Shown here: positions 1 to 9,610 of the stretch, piece after piece | How positions within the stretch are numbered: the first letter of the stretch is position 1 | How the letters are laid out: each line of letters begins with the position of its first letter | Assembly: GCA_963715255.1 (NCBI GenBank) | Contig: CAVQRN010000005.1 | Location: 78,564-142,563, forward strand | Direction: 5' to 3' | Origin: an uncultured Actinomycetota bacterium | GTDB taxonomy: Bacteria; Actinomycetota; Acidimicrobiia; Spongiisociales; UBA5794 | Length of the DNA: 64,000 nt | Program-made: the position numbers and the translations under genes | The notes under the pieces: model-generated | Told to the model about the DNA's origin: nothing | Database searches by the model: none | What the model saw: only the letters and a program-made list of their open reading frames with translations

Positions 1-2076
1 ATCGCATCGGTCGGTCAACTGCTGCTCCACGTTCCGCGTCGGTACCTCGACCGTTCGCAGCTCTTCGACCTGTCGTCGGTCCCCCTCGGCGAGGAGGTGA
101 CGGTCGGCGGCGTCGTGCGAGACGTCTCCAGACGGCGGATCTCGAGGAATAGAACGATGATCGAGGCGACGATCGGAGACGGAACCAGCACGCTCAGAGC
201 CGTTTGGTTCAACCCGTATCTGAACATCCGGGAAGGCGAGGAGGTGGCACTGTCCGGGAAGGTTGAGCGGTTCGGACGGCAACTCCAGATGAAATCCCCG
301 GATCTCGACCGTCTCGGCAGCGACGATTCACTCGTGACGGGACGCGTTGTCCCGGTGCATCCGAGCGTGAGCGGATTCACTCCTTTCAAGATCCGAGCAG
401 CGATGGACAACGCCCTGGGACGCTCGCGGCCGATCACCGAGATCGTCCCCGAGGCGATACTCAAGCGAGTCGGTCTCATCGGGCGGGACCAGGCCTTTTC
501 GAGCATCCACTTTCCGGAAGACGTCGAGGACGCCGACCGCGCTCGCATGCGCCTCGTCTTCGATGAATTCCTCCGGATTCAGATGGCCTTCAAAACGCGA
601 GCACACGATGACTTCGAGTCCCAATCCGGCGTGTCCAATTCGGTGAAGGGAGAGTTCTACGACCGGTTCCTGAACAAGCTTCCGTTCGATCTCACCGGGG
701 ACCAAGTGCGGGTCATCGAAGAGATTCTCGAGGACATGGGGGGTCCCCGGCCGATGCACCGCCTGCTGCAAGGTGAGGTCGGCTCGGGGAAGACGGTCGT
801 CGTGATCATCGCGCTGCTCACTTCGGTGGAAAGCGAACACCAAGGAGCGGTGATGGCACCGACGGAGGTGCTCGCGGTACAGCACTACCTCGGAACCGAA
901 CTCGCTCTCGAGGATGCCGGTCTGGCGCCACCGATCCTGGATGGTGGCGCAGGTGACACGCCCTCACTCTTCCACACTGAACCGCCGGCCACTCGCGGGG
1001 TTCGGATCGGGCTCTTCACGGGCAGCAAGGTGACGACCAATTTCGTGTTCGGCGACATATCGCGTGCCAAGGGACTCGAGTGGCTCAGGGACGGGACCAT
1101 CGACATTGCGTTCGGCACACAGGCGCTGATCCAGTCTGATGTTGAGTTTCACTCGCTCGGCATCGCCGTCGTTGATGAGCAGCATCGGTTCGGCGTCGAG
1201 CAGCGGGTGGTGCTTCGCGACAAGAACAACGGCGAGGGTGTCCCCGATCTTCTCTTGATGACGGCGACACCGATTCCGCGAACGCTTGCGATGATGCTGT
1301 ACGGCGACCTCGACCTCTCGACCATTGTGGAGATGCCGCTTGGTCGCACCGATGTCGTGACCGACGCAGTTTCGGAGTCGGCCGATTCCGAGATCGACGG
1401 TCGGATTCTCGGCGCCGTGACGGAAGGAAGGCAGGTGTTCGTCGTCTGCCCCCTGGTCGAAGACTCCGACAAGATCGATGCGAGATCAGCAACCTCGGAG
1501 TTTGTGAGGCTGAAGGGGGCACTCCCCGGTGTCCGGTGTGAACTGCTCCACGGTCAGATGCGATCTGAGGAGAAGGCGGACGTGATGCATCGAGTCAGAG
1601 CCGGGGAAGTCGACGTCCTGGTGTCGACCACAGTGATCGAGGTCGGCATCGACGTGCCGAACGCCACGCTCATGGTCATCCGCAACGCGGATCGATTCGG
1701 TTTGAGCCAGCTCCACCAGCTCCGAGGACGCGTCGGGAGGGGCGAGCACGGCGGCGCCTGTCTCCTGGCGGCCGATCCCTCTACTCCGGACGGCGAGCGC
1801 CGAGTCGAAGCCATGGTCGGATCAAACGATGGATTCGAACTCGCGAATATCGATCTTGAGATCCGGGGACAGGGAACCGTGTTCAGCGGGGCACAATCCG
1901 GCGCGGCCGACCTCCGACTCGGCGACATCCTCCGCGACCATGACCTCCTCGAGGCGGCGAAGAGGGTCGCCGCAGAAGCGGTGGATGCAGATCCCAATAG
2001 TCCGTTCGTCGAAGCAGTGATGCACGAGGCAGCCATGCTGTTCGGCGAGTCGGCAGAATGGCTCACGAGGAGTTGA
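1..2076 (+). CDS. recG: ATP-dependent DNA helicase RecG, 5' end cut by window edge
   Basis: Frame 1 is open from base 1 (IASVGQLLLHVPRRY...) and runs into track ORF 97..2076. Walker A GEVGSGKT, DEQHRFG box and QLHQLRGRVGRG helicase motif are present. Confidence 0.93.
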   Translation: MASVGQLLLHVPRRYLDRSQLFDLSSVPLGEEVTVGGVVRDVSRRRISRNRTMIEATIGDGTSTLRAVWFNPYLNIREGEEVALSGKVERFGRQLQMKSPDLDRLGSDDSLVTGRVVPVHPSVSGFTPFKIRAAMDNALGRSRPITEIVPEAILKRVGLIGRDQAFSSIHFPEDVEDADRARMRLVFDEFLRIQMAFKTRAHDDFESQSGVSNSVKGEFYDRFLNKLPFDLTGDQVRVIEEILEDMGGPRPMHRLLQGEVGSGKTVVVIIALLTSVESEHQGAVMAPTEVLAVQHYLGTELALEDAGLAPPILDGGAGDTPSLFHTEPPATRGVRIGLFTGSKVTTNFVFGDISRAKGLEWLRDGTIDIAFGTQALIQSDVEFHSLGIAVVDEQHRFGVEQRVVLRDKNNGEGVPDLLLMTATPIPRTLAMMLYGDLDLSTIVEMPLGRTDVVTDAVSESADSEIDGRILGAVTEGRQVFVVCPLVEDSDKIDARSATSEFVRLKGALPGVRCELLHGQMRSEEKADVMHRVRAGEVDVLVSTTVIEVGIDVPNATLMVIRNADRFGLSQLHQLRGRVGRGEHGGACLLAADPSTPDGERRVEAMVGSNDGFELANIDLEIRGQGTVFSGAQSGAADLRLGDILRDHDLLEAAKRVAAEAVDADPNSPFVEAVMHEAAMLFGESAEWLTRS

Positions 2077-2077
2077 C

Positions 2078-2614
2078 ATGAGGATCATCGCGGGAGCAGC
2101 AAAGGGGCGTCGACTGGCCGCTCCTCGCTCCGGAACGTGTCCGTTCACCGGTCGGGCAAAGGAGGCTGTGTTCTCGTCTCTGCACGATCGCATCGCCGGA
2201 GCCGCGGTGCTCGATCTCTACGCGGGAAGCGGGTCGCTCGGTCTCGAAGCCCTGAGTCGCGGTGCCGAATCCGCAGTCTTCGTTGAACAGGACCGCAATG
2301 CTGTGGCGGTACTCGCCTCCAATGTCGACGCTGTGGACCTCGGCGGCACCATCGTGCGACGCGAGGTTGGAGCGTTCCTGCAACGCGACGCTGACAGCTA
2401 CGACCTCGTCTTCATCGACCCGCCGTACGCGTTCGACGATCGGGAGGTCGAGCGGATCCTGAATCTCGTTGCCAACCGCATCACCGATCAGGGAACGGTT
2501 GTGCTTCACCGGCGATTTGGTGGAACCGCTCCCGAATCCGATAACCTCCGGTGCACCGACCGGCGACGGTACGGTGACAGCGAGATTTGGATCTTCGAAA
2601 AGGAGCAGTCGTGA
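2078..2614 (+). CDS. rsmD: 16S rRNA (guanine966-N2)-methyltransferase RsmD
   Basis: 178 aa ORF starting 2 nt after the recG stop. SAM-binding LDLYAGSGSLGLEA and catalytic DPPY (VFIDPPYAF) motifs. Confidence 0.88.
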   Translation: MRIIAGAAKGRRLAAPRSGTCPFTGRAKEAVFSSLHDRIAGAAVLDLYAGSGSLGLEALSRGAESAVFVEQDRNAVAVLASNVDAVDLGGTIVRREVGAFLQRDADSYDLVFIDPPYAFDDREVERILNLVANRITDQGTVVLHRRFGGTAPESDNLRCTDRRRYGDSEIWIFEKEQS

Positions 2615-3084
2615 CGGTGGCGCTCGTCCCGGGCAGTTTTGACCCGCCAACCAACGGACACCTCGACGTCATCGAACGGTGCGTTGGCATCTTCGACGAC
2701 GTGGTCGTTGGGATCATCAAGAACCCTTCGAAGGTCTACCTCTTCGATGAAGCCGAACGAATCGACATGCTGACCGATCTCTGCTCCGAGTGGGAGTCCG
2801 TCAGGATCGGCTCCTTCGGCGGACTCCTCGTCGATTACGCGAAACAGGTCGGCGCCGATGTCGTCGTCAAGGGTCTGAGGGCGATCACCGACTTCGACTA
2901 CGAGTTTCAGATGTCGCAGATGAACCGCCACCTGTCCGGGATCGTCACGCTATTCGTGGCGACGAAACCTGAGTACGGCTACTTGTCGTCATCGCTGGTC
3001 AAGGAGGTATACCGTTTCGGCGGATCGGTCGATGCACTTGTACCGGCGAGCGTCGCGGCCGCCTTGAAGGAGCGTTACGCATGA
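2611..3084 (+). CDS. coaD: phosphopantetheine adenylyltransferase
   Basis: GTG 2611 overlaps the rsmD stop (GTGA) with an aaaggag SD upstream. PGSFDPPTNGHLDVIER nucleotidyltransferase motif. Same frame as track ORF 2587..3084. Confidence 0.9.
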   Translation: MTVALVPGSFDPPTNGHLDVIERCVGIFDDVVVGIIKNPSKVYLFDEAERIDMLTDLCSEWESVRIGSFGGLLVDYAKQVGADVVVKGLRAITDFDYEFQMSQMNRHLSGIVTLFVATKPEYGYLSSSLVKEVYRFGGSVDALVPASVAAALKERYA

Positions 3085-3605
3085 CCATCGAACACCCAGA
3101 CCATCCACAGCCGCCACCGCCCGTCCCCGGTCGGCTACTCGACGCGATCGAGAACCTGATGATCGAGATCGAGAACGCGCGCCAGGTTCCGTTGTCGAAC
3201 AGCGTGATGATCAATCAGGACGAGATGCTCGACGAGCTCGCCGGGATACAGAGCGCGCTGCCGGAAGAACTTCGTGCGGCCCGATGGATGGTGCGCGAAC
3301 GCGAGGCCTACATCGCACGGACGAACGAGAAGGCCCGCGAGGTGCTGGCGGATGCGAAACAGCGGTCCGAGCACATGGTCTCGGAGTCCTACATCGTCCA
3401 GGAGGCGGTGGAGGAGGCGAACACTCTGGTCCGCAATGCTGAGAGCGAAGGCAGGAGGATTCGTCTCGAGTCGGAAGACTTCGCAGAGCGCCATCTCGCC
3501 GAGGCCGAACAGGTGCTTGCCGAGCTGCTCCGGTACGTTCGAGAGGCCCGAGCCGAACTCCATCAGACGCTGCCGCCGCAGCCAGAGCCGCCCGTGAGCC
3601 GGTGA
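3081..3605 (+). CDS. coiled-coil protein of unknown function (Glu/Arg/Ala-rich, ATP-synthase-b/DivIVA-like heptads)
   Basis: 174 aa ORF whose ATG overlaps the coaD stop (ATGA). Pro-rich N-terminus, then a long helical text (EELRAARWMVREREAYIARTNEKAREVLADAKQRSE...). No catalytic motif recognised. Confidence 0.6.
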   Translation: MTIEHPDHPQPPPPVPGRLLDAIENLMIEIENARQVPLSNSVMINQDEMLDELAGIQSALPEELRAARWMVREREAYIARTNEKAREVLADAKQRSEHMVSESYIVQEAVEEANTLVRNAESEGRRIRLESEDFAERHLAEAEQVLAELLRYVREARAELHQTLPPQPEPPVSR

Positions 3606-3651
3606 AGCAGCGGTGTAGCCGAGTAGATGAGTAAGGGACGAGGAAGACCCT

Positions 3652-4155
3652 GTGAATCGTTCGCCGTTCATCGTTGATGTCTCCGATCTCTTGGGTCGGG
3701 ACGTTCCTGCTCGCTCTGTCGTCATCGACGTCGTGGTCGATTGGGCATTGGAAATGAGCCGGATCATGGCCGAACCATCTCTGGTCGCGGACCTCTCGGT
3801 TGGATCGGTGCCCGGCGGAGTACTCGTGAGAGGGGATGTGTGTTACGCCGTTGAACACACCTGTCGTCGCTGTCTCACCGACTTCATCGATGACGGCTGT
3901 AGCCCGGTCACCGGGCTGTTCGAAACCGATCCGGGCGAGGACGCCTATCCGATCGAAGGGACGACGATCGATCTGGAATCCTTCCTGCGAGACGAGACCC
4001 TTCTCGGTCTGCCCCTGCTTCCGATCTGCGATGAATCCTGTGAGGGAGTTGTGACTACACCAGAAACGGACTTGAATAGCGACTCCCCGAGCGAATCGGG
4101 CGACACCGGCTCACCGTTCGCCGTACTACGCGACCTCCTGTCGCCCGAGGATTGA
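3652..4155 (+). CDS. yceD: DUF177/YceD family protein
   Basis: 167 aa with Cys pairs CRRCL and ICDESCEG and an acidic tail. It occupies the conserved position immediately upstream of rpmF. Confidence 0.8.
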   Translation: MNRSPFIVDVSDLLGRDVPARSVVIDVVVDWALEMSRIMAEPSLVADLSVGSVPGGVLVRGDVCYAVEHTCRRCLTDFIDDGCSPVTGLFETDPGEDAYPIEGTTIDLESFLRDETLLGLPLLPICDESCEGVVTTPETDLNSDSPSESGDTGSPFAVLRDLLSPED

Positions 4156-4176
4156 CGAAACAAACGAGGTTTCCTG

Positions 4177-4353
4177 ATGGCCGTCCCAAAGAAGAAGATG
4201 TCGCGGTCCCGCACGCGCCGGCGCAAGGCACAGTGGAAGGTGTCAAGCCCCACATTGGGCAAGTGCGCAAAGTGTGGCGCCATGCACGTTCCGCACCGTG
4301 TGTGCAAGGAATGCGGTAGCTACAACGGTCGCGAGATCATCGCAGAAGTCTGA
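4177..4353 (+). CDS. rpmF: 50S ribosomal protein L32
   Basis: Below the ORF-track size cutoff (58 aa): MAVPKKKMSRSRTRRRKAQWKVSSPTLGKCAKCGAMHVPHRVCKECGSYNGREIIAEV. Canonical L32 N-terminus and CxxC...CxxC zinc ribbon. Confidence 0.92.
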   Translation: MAVPKKKMSRSRTRRRKAQWKVSSPTLGKCAKCGAMHVPHRVCKECGSYNGREIIAEV

Positions 4354-4360
4354 GCGAGCG

Positions 4361-5338
4361 ATGGCGAGAGTCGTCGTTGATGCCATGGGCGGCGATCATG
4401 CCCCGGGCGAGATTGTCCGCGGCGCAATTGACGCGGCGGCCGCAGGTGTCGATGTCGTGCTCGTCGGCGATCGATCGAAGATTGCACCCTTCCTCGAGCG
4501 ATTCAATGCTGATCTGCCCGTGATTCATGCCGGCGAGGTCGTCGAGATGCATGAGGATCCTGCCCGTGCCGTGCGCGAGAAGAAGGATTCCTCGATCATG
4601 GTGGCCGCCCGCCTCGTCAAGGAGGGCGAAGCCGAAGCCCTGATCTCGGCAGGATCGACCGGTGCCGCCCTCGCGTCGGCTGCATTCGTGATCGGCCGCC
4701 TGAAGGGGGTTTCGCGACCTGCGATCGCCTCCGTATTTCCCACTCGTGAGGTGGTACTCGACGTTGGCGCCAATCTTGACGTCCGGCCCCACCATCTCGC
4801 TCAGTTCGGAGTGATGGGAAGTGCGGTCGCGAAGGTCTTCCTGGACGTCGCGGATCCCCGGGTGGGGCTGCTCAACATCGGTGAGGAGGTGGGCAAGGGC
4901 AGGGACCTCGAGAAGGAAGCACACGATCTCCTTGCCGAAGCCGAAGGGATCAACTTCATCGGAAACGTCGAAGGCCGTGATCTCGGACGGAGTCGCGCCG
5001 ACGTCTTCGTCACCGATGGCTTCACCGGGAACGTTCTCTTGAAGACCGGTGAAGGAACGAGTCGCGCGTTGTTCCGGTTGCTTCTCGAAGCGATGCAGGC
5101 CGAGCGATACCAGACGGCTCTCGCGGAGCTCATGCCGGCGTTCATGGAGCTACGTCAGCTGATCGATCCGGAGACCATCGGCGGTGCCCACCTCGTCGGT
5201 ACCAAGGGTGTCGTGGTCATCTCACATGGCGCCAGTTCACGCCGCGCGGTCGCCAATGCCGTACGGATGGCAGCCGAGGGCGCTGATCACGGTCTTGTCG
5301 AGCTCATCGCGGACGGGATCGAGCGTGCTCGGAAATGA
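4361..5338 (+). CDS. plsX: phosphate acyltransferase PlsX
   Basis: ATG 4361 (MARVVVDAMGGDHAP...) lies 8 nt after the rpmF stop. Track ORF 4274..5338 is the same frame, but its first 29 codons overlap rpmF. FTGNVLLK motif present. Confidence 0.9.
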   Translation: MARVVVDAMGGDHAPGEIVRGAIDAAAAGVDVVLVGDRSKIAPFLERFNADLPVIHAGEVVEMHEDPARAVREKKDSSIMVAARLVKEGEAEALISAGSTGAALASAAFVIGRLKGVSRPAIASVFPTREVVLDVGANLDVRPHHLAQFGVMGSAVAKVFLDVADPRVGLLNIGEEVGKGRDLEKEAHDLLAEAEGINFIGNVEGRDLGRSRADVFVTDGFTGNVLLKTGEGTSRALFRLLLEAMQAERYQTALAELMPAFMELRQLIDPETIGGAHLVGTKGVVVISHGASSRRAVANAVRMAAEGADHGLVELIADGIERARK

Positions 5339-6042
5339 GTGACGTGATTCCCGACCCCGGAAGTGCCGCCGAGCGCCTCGAGGCCGCACTTGCGTATCGA
5401 ATCGGCGACGAAGCGCTGCTCGCTACAGCGCTCACTCACGGCTCGTACGCATCGGAGCATCCAGGCGTTGCCGACTACCAGCGGCTCGAGTTTCTCGGTG
5501 ATGCCGTCCTCGAAGTCACGGTCACGCGATACCTCTACGAGCAGTTCCCGGAGGCGACCGAAGGAGAGATGACGCTTCTGCGGGCGGGTGTGGTGTCCGA
5601 ACCAGCGCTGGCATCGGTCGCACGCGAGTGGGGCATCCCCCACCTGATCAGACTCGGTCGGGGAGAGGAACTCACCGGCGGACGAGACAAACAGTCGATC
5701 CTCTCCGATGTCGTCGAGTCCCTGCTGGCTGCCGTGTATCTCGATGCCGGAATCGAGCGGGTCGAGCGGATCGTCTACGAGCACTGGGCTCCGATGGTCG
5801 CCGAGAGGGCAGGCACTCCCGGAGGCCGTGACTACAAGACTCGACTCCAGGAGGTTCTTGTCGCTGATGGACGCGATGTCGAGTACACCGTCACTGAGAC
5901 CGGGCCGCAGCATGCCAGGCGATTCACAGCAACCGTAGGCTCGTCGGACGACGCCCTTGCGACGGGAACCGGAACGTCAAAGAAGCGAGCAGAACAAGAT
6001 GCCGCTCGCCGAGCCCTGGAGAGTGGAGCAGTAGAGCAGTAG
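5335..6042 (+). CDS. rnc: ribonuclease III
   Basis: 235 aa with RNase III signature ERLEFLGDAVLE and a C-terminal dsRBD (DYKTRLQE...KKRAEQDAARRAL). ATGA overlap with plsX. Confidence 0.92.
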   Translation: MSDVIPDPGSAAERLEAALAYRIGDEALLATALTHGSYASEHPGVADYQRLEFLGDAVLEVTVTRYLYEQFPEATEGEMTLLRAGVVSEPALASVAREWGIPHLIRLGRGEELTGGRDKQSILSDVVESLLAAVYLDAGIERVERIVYEHWAPMVAERAGTPGGRDYKTRLQEVLVADGRDVEYTVTETGPQHARRFTATVGSSDDALATGTGTSKKRAEQDAARRALESGAVEQ

Positions 6043-6053
6043 GGCGGTACTGC
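6028..6053. repeat. two GCAGTAG[A/G] octamers plus a small hairpin at the rnc 3' end
   Basis: gcagtaga gcagtagg encode the last codons and the TAG stop (6040-6042) of rnc. The arms gcagta (6036-6041) and tactgc (6048-6053) pair. Same unit as the array at 53241..53280. Confidence 0.6.
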
Positions 6054-6106
6054 CCCACTTGTCCATAACTCCAACCATGTAATTCGCCCTGGTATGCTTT
6101 TTCACC

Positions 6107-9100
6107 GTGCTGCTCAAGAAACTCACACTCGTCGGCTTCAAGTCGTTCGCCGACCGAGTCCGACTCGAATTCGATGCCGGTGTGAATGTCGTCGTCGGAC
6201 CGAACGGCTCTGGGAAGTCCAATCTGCTCGACGCCGTGGCATGGGTGATGGGCACCCAGGCCACACGCTCGCTCCGAACTGAGAAGATGGGAGACGTCGT
6301 GTTCGCCGGAACGGCGACCCGCCCGGCGGTGTCGCGCGCCGAGGTATCGCTCACCTTCGACAACAGCGACGGCTTCCTCCCGATCGACCTCAACGAGATC
6401 ACCATCACCCGCCGGCTGTATCGCGACGGCACTTCCGAATACGAGATGAATCGGACGCCATGTCGCCTCCTCGACATCCAGGAATTGCTTTCCGACGGTG
6501 GCGTTGGGCGCCACCAGCACGTTCTGGTCTCCCAAGGGCAGATCGGAACGATCCTCACGGCGGGACCGGATGAGCACCGCTCGGTCATCGAGGAAGCTGC
6601 GGGCATCACGAAGCACCGGAGTCGCCGCGACCGGGCGATTCGCCGACTCGCTGCGACCGACCAGGATGTCGATCGGCTCAACGACATCCTCGTCGAGAAG
6701 CGCCGAGCGCTTCGCCCCTTGAAGCGCCAGGCGAACGCTGCAGCCCGGCACGGAGCAGTGCGATCCGAGGCGAAGGCACTCCGGCTCTGGCTCGGGGGTG
6801 AAGCCATCCGTGATCTGCGATCCAGGAACGCGAAGGCCACAGCCGAACAGGCAACACTTTCGGAAGCGCTCAACGCCGATAGGAGTGCGCTGGAGGGCTT
6901 GCTGATCGAACTCACCGGACTCCGATCCTCCGCCGGCGATGTGGGGGCAGCGCTCGAACGCGACACCACCGCGGCAGCGCGCCTCGAGACGGTCGTGGAG
7001 CGTCTTCGCCGCTACGGGCTCGTTGCGCGTGAGCGACGCGTCGGACTCGAGAACCGAATCGAGGGAGCCGAAGAACGGCGCGATGACCTCTCCGGTGAAG
7101 AGATTGAGCTTCGGGCCGGTATCCACGAGGCGACCGATGCAGAACTCAGGCTTGGTGACGAGGCAGAACGTCGGGCCGTTGCCTTGCAGGCTCTGGAAGA
7201 CGAGGAACGGGTGCTCGCCGAACAGGTCCAGCTCCCGGCCGAGGGTCTTGTCGCCAACCTGCGTGGCGATCTCAGAGCGCTTGAGAACGGATCGCAACGA
7301 GACAGGCGAGAGCTCGAGTCCATCAGGGCGCGTCACAGCGTTGTTGTCGATCGCCTCGAAGAAGAGACAACCGAGAGCGTCGAACTGAATCAGTCGATTC
7401 AACAGGCCGATTCCGAAGTGACGGCATCGCAGCGCACCTATGAGGAAGCCCGGGACTACCGCTCCGACATCGAACAGAGATGGGAACGCGCCGATCAGCA
7501 GCACACGGACGCGCTGCTCGCAGTTGCCGCAGCCGAGGCCCGCGTCGAGGCGCACGAGGCTGCCATCGCAGGTATCGGAGATCCCGCCGCCCGGGCGATG
7601 ACCGCAGACCGAGACGGGGTCATGGGAGCTGTTGCTGCGTCCCTTGACGCCCCGGCGGATCTCGCGGACGCGGTCGACCGGGCACTCGGCTCGTGGGCCG
7701 ATGCCTTCCTCACCGTTGATCGGGCGACAATCCGCGGTCTCACCGGTGATCTCAAGTCGAACGGACTGGGCGGCATCTCGCTCGTCAGTCCGCAGGTATC
7801 GGTGGATGTTCCTGCGCGGGCCGCCGCCGCCGAACTGGGTCTGGATGCGCTTGTCGATCTCCTCGGAGCGAACGCCGATCTGAGGGTCGCCGAGGCGCTC
7901 CTCGGCGACGTGGTGTTCGCCGCCGGCTGGGAGGCCGCGTGGCGAGTCGTTGAGCGTTTTCCCCATCTCCGCGCGGTAACTCCCGAGGGTGATGTGATCG
8001 CCGCATCCGGCATGCACGTCGCGCAGCCCGACGGGACCGGATTCGCCGCCCTGGAAGCGGCTCGCGTGCAACTCGAGATCGGCGAAAGGGAACGATCGCG
8101 TACCGAGAGCCGCCGGACCACCGCCCGGCGGGACCTCGAAACAGCTCGAAGGATTGAACGAGCGGCGCTCGATGATCTCGAGGCGCTTGAGGCCAGGATC
8201 GCGGGCCACACCGAGGCACTGGCCCTGATTGGCCGTGCTCGGGCCGAGGGTGAGGCCGAACGCGAGCGACTCGACACGCGAACGAAGGCGCTCCTGGAGG
8301 CAGAGGGCGCGCGAGAGGAACGCATCGCAGAGGTGCGCGAGCGGGTTGCAGAGTTCGAAGGGGAGGAGGCTTCTCGACAGACTGCCTGGGAGGCCCTCAA
8401 CCGGCGTCGCGAAGAGGTGGCTTCTCGTACGGACGAAGCCCGTCGGCGGAAGGAAGAGTCGGCGGCCGAACTCGCAGGAGTCTCCGAGCGGAGAGCGCTG
8501 CTGCATCGGAGACTCGAACGTGTCAGATTGGATCTGGGCCAACTGGAACTGCTCCCCGAGGATGACCCTCGAATCGATCAGCTGTCTGAGATCGAATCCC
8601 GCTCCGCCCGGGTGATCGCTCTCGCTCAGCGCCACATCGCCGCACTGCGCGAGCGGCAGCGAACACTCCGCCTCGACGTCGGAGATGTCTCCGAGGCCCT
8701 TGCGAACGCAGAGCAGCACCGCGAGCAACTCGAGGATGCGATCTCGACAGCGAAGGATCGGCTATCGATCCTTGCCGTTGAGTTGGCCGAGATCCGTGTC
8801 CGCTTGGAGTCGAGTGAGGAAGGTCTGCGGCGAGACGCGGACGCATCGCTTGATGAGGCGCTTGGTGAGCCACGCCCGGAACTCACGGAAGGAATCGTTC
8901 CGTCGGAGCGCCTCGCCAGCCTCGAAGCCGATCTTCGGAGGATGGGCCCTATCAACCCCTTGGCCGCGGCTGAGTACGGGGACCTAGCGGGCGAGGTGGC
9001 GCTCCTCGACGAGCAGCTCGTCGACCTCGACGGGTCGCGCAGCGAGTTGAGGAAGGTCATCTCCGCACTCGACGAGGAGATGTCGAGCCTGTTCATGATC

Positions 9101-9547
9101 GCATTCGAGGAGATCTCGAGGCTGTACCGGGAGAACTTCGTCCAGGTGTTCCCGGGCGGTCGGGGAGGGCTCCGTCTTGTCGATCCCAGCCATCCGCTCG
9201 AATCCGGTGTGGAGGTGGAGGCACAGCCTCACGGGAAGAAGGTCGGCCGGCTGGCGCTTCTCTCCGGTGGAGAGCAGAGTCTTGCCGCCCTGGCGTTTCT
9301 GTTTGCCGTATTCCGCGCCCGACCGAGTCCCTTCTACGTCCTTGACGAGGTCGAGGCGGCGCTCGACGACGCGAACCTCCACCGCTTCCTGAGGCTCGTG
9401 GACACGCTGCGCTCGTCGGCACAACTCGTGATCATCACCCACCAGCAACAGACGATGGAAGCCGCCGATATGCTGTACGGCGTCACGATGGAACCCGGCG
9501 AGTCGTCGAAAGTCCTCGCACGACGTATGGCGCGAGTCGCCGTCTAG
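6107..9547 (+). CDS. smc: chromosome segregation protein SMC
   Basis: 1146 aa, GTG start. Walker A GPNGSGKSN, two long coiled-coil arms around a hinge, signature LSGGEQSLAALAFLFA, Walker B FYVLDEVEAALD. Confidence 0.95.
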   Translation: MLLKKLTLVGFKSFADRVRLEFDAGVNVVVGPNGSGKSNLLDAVAWVMGTQATRSLRTEKMGDVVFAGTATRPAVSRAEVSLTFDNSDGFLPIDLNEITITRRLYRDGTSEYEMNRTPCRLLDIQELLSDGGVGRHQHVLVSQGQIGTILTAGPDEHRSVIEEAAGITKHRSRRDRAIRRLAATDQDVDRLNDILVEKRRALRPLKRQANAAARHGAVRSEAKALRLWLGGEAIRDLRSRNAKATAEQATLSEALNADRSALEGLLIELTGLRSSAGDVGAALERDTTAAARLETVVERLRRYGLVARERRVGLENRIEGAEERRDDLSGEEIELRAGIHEATDAELRLGDEAERRAVALQALEDEERVLAEQVQLPAEGLVANLRGDLRALENGSQRDRRELESIRARHSVVVDRLEEETTESVELNQSIQQADSEVTASQRTYEEARDYRSDIEQRWERADQQHTDALLAVAAAEARVEAHEAAIAGIGDPAARAMTADRDGVMGAVAASLDAPADLADAVDRALGSWADAFLTVDRATIRGLTGDLKSNGLGGISLVSPQVSVDVPARAAAAELGLDALVDLLGANADLRVAEALLGDVVFAAGWEAAWRVVERFPHLRAVTPEGDVIAASGMHVAQPDGTGFAALEAARVQLEIGERERSRTESRRTTARRDLETARRIERAALDDLEALEARIAGHTEALALIGRARAEGEAERERLDTRTKALLEAEGAREERIAEVRERVAEFEGEEASRQTAWEALNRRREEVASRTDEARRRKEESAAELAGVSERRALLHRRLERVRLDLGQLELLPEDDPRIDQLSEIESRSARVIALAQRHIAALRERQRTLRLDVGDVSEALANAEQHREQLEDAISTAKDRLSILAVELAEIRVRLESSEEGLRRDADASLDEALGEPRPELTEGIVPSERLASLEADLRRMGPINPLAAAEYGDLAGEVALLDEQLVDLDGSRSELRKVISALDEEMSSLFMIAFEEISRLYRENFVQVFPGGRGGLRLVDPSHPLESGVEVEAQPHGKKVGRLALLSGGEQSLAALAFLFAVFRARPSPFYVLDEVEAALDDANLHRFLRLVDTLRSSAQLVIITHQQQTMEAADMLYGVTMEPGESSKVLARRMARVAV

Positions 9548-9610
9548 GAGCGCCCTGAGCAGCGGCATTGCCCGGCATGCTCCTAGGGTTCCCGTCCGTT
9601 AGGAGTATCC

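Noticed and set aside
5924-8728. 934 aa ORF on the minus strand
   Set aside because: It is antisense to smc, which has clear Walker/signature motifs on the plus strand. The text is Arg/Gly/Leu/Pro-rich with no motif, as is typical of open antisense frames in high-GC DNA.
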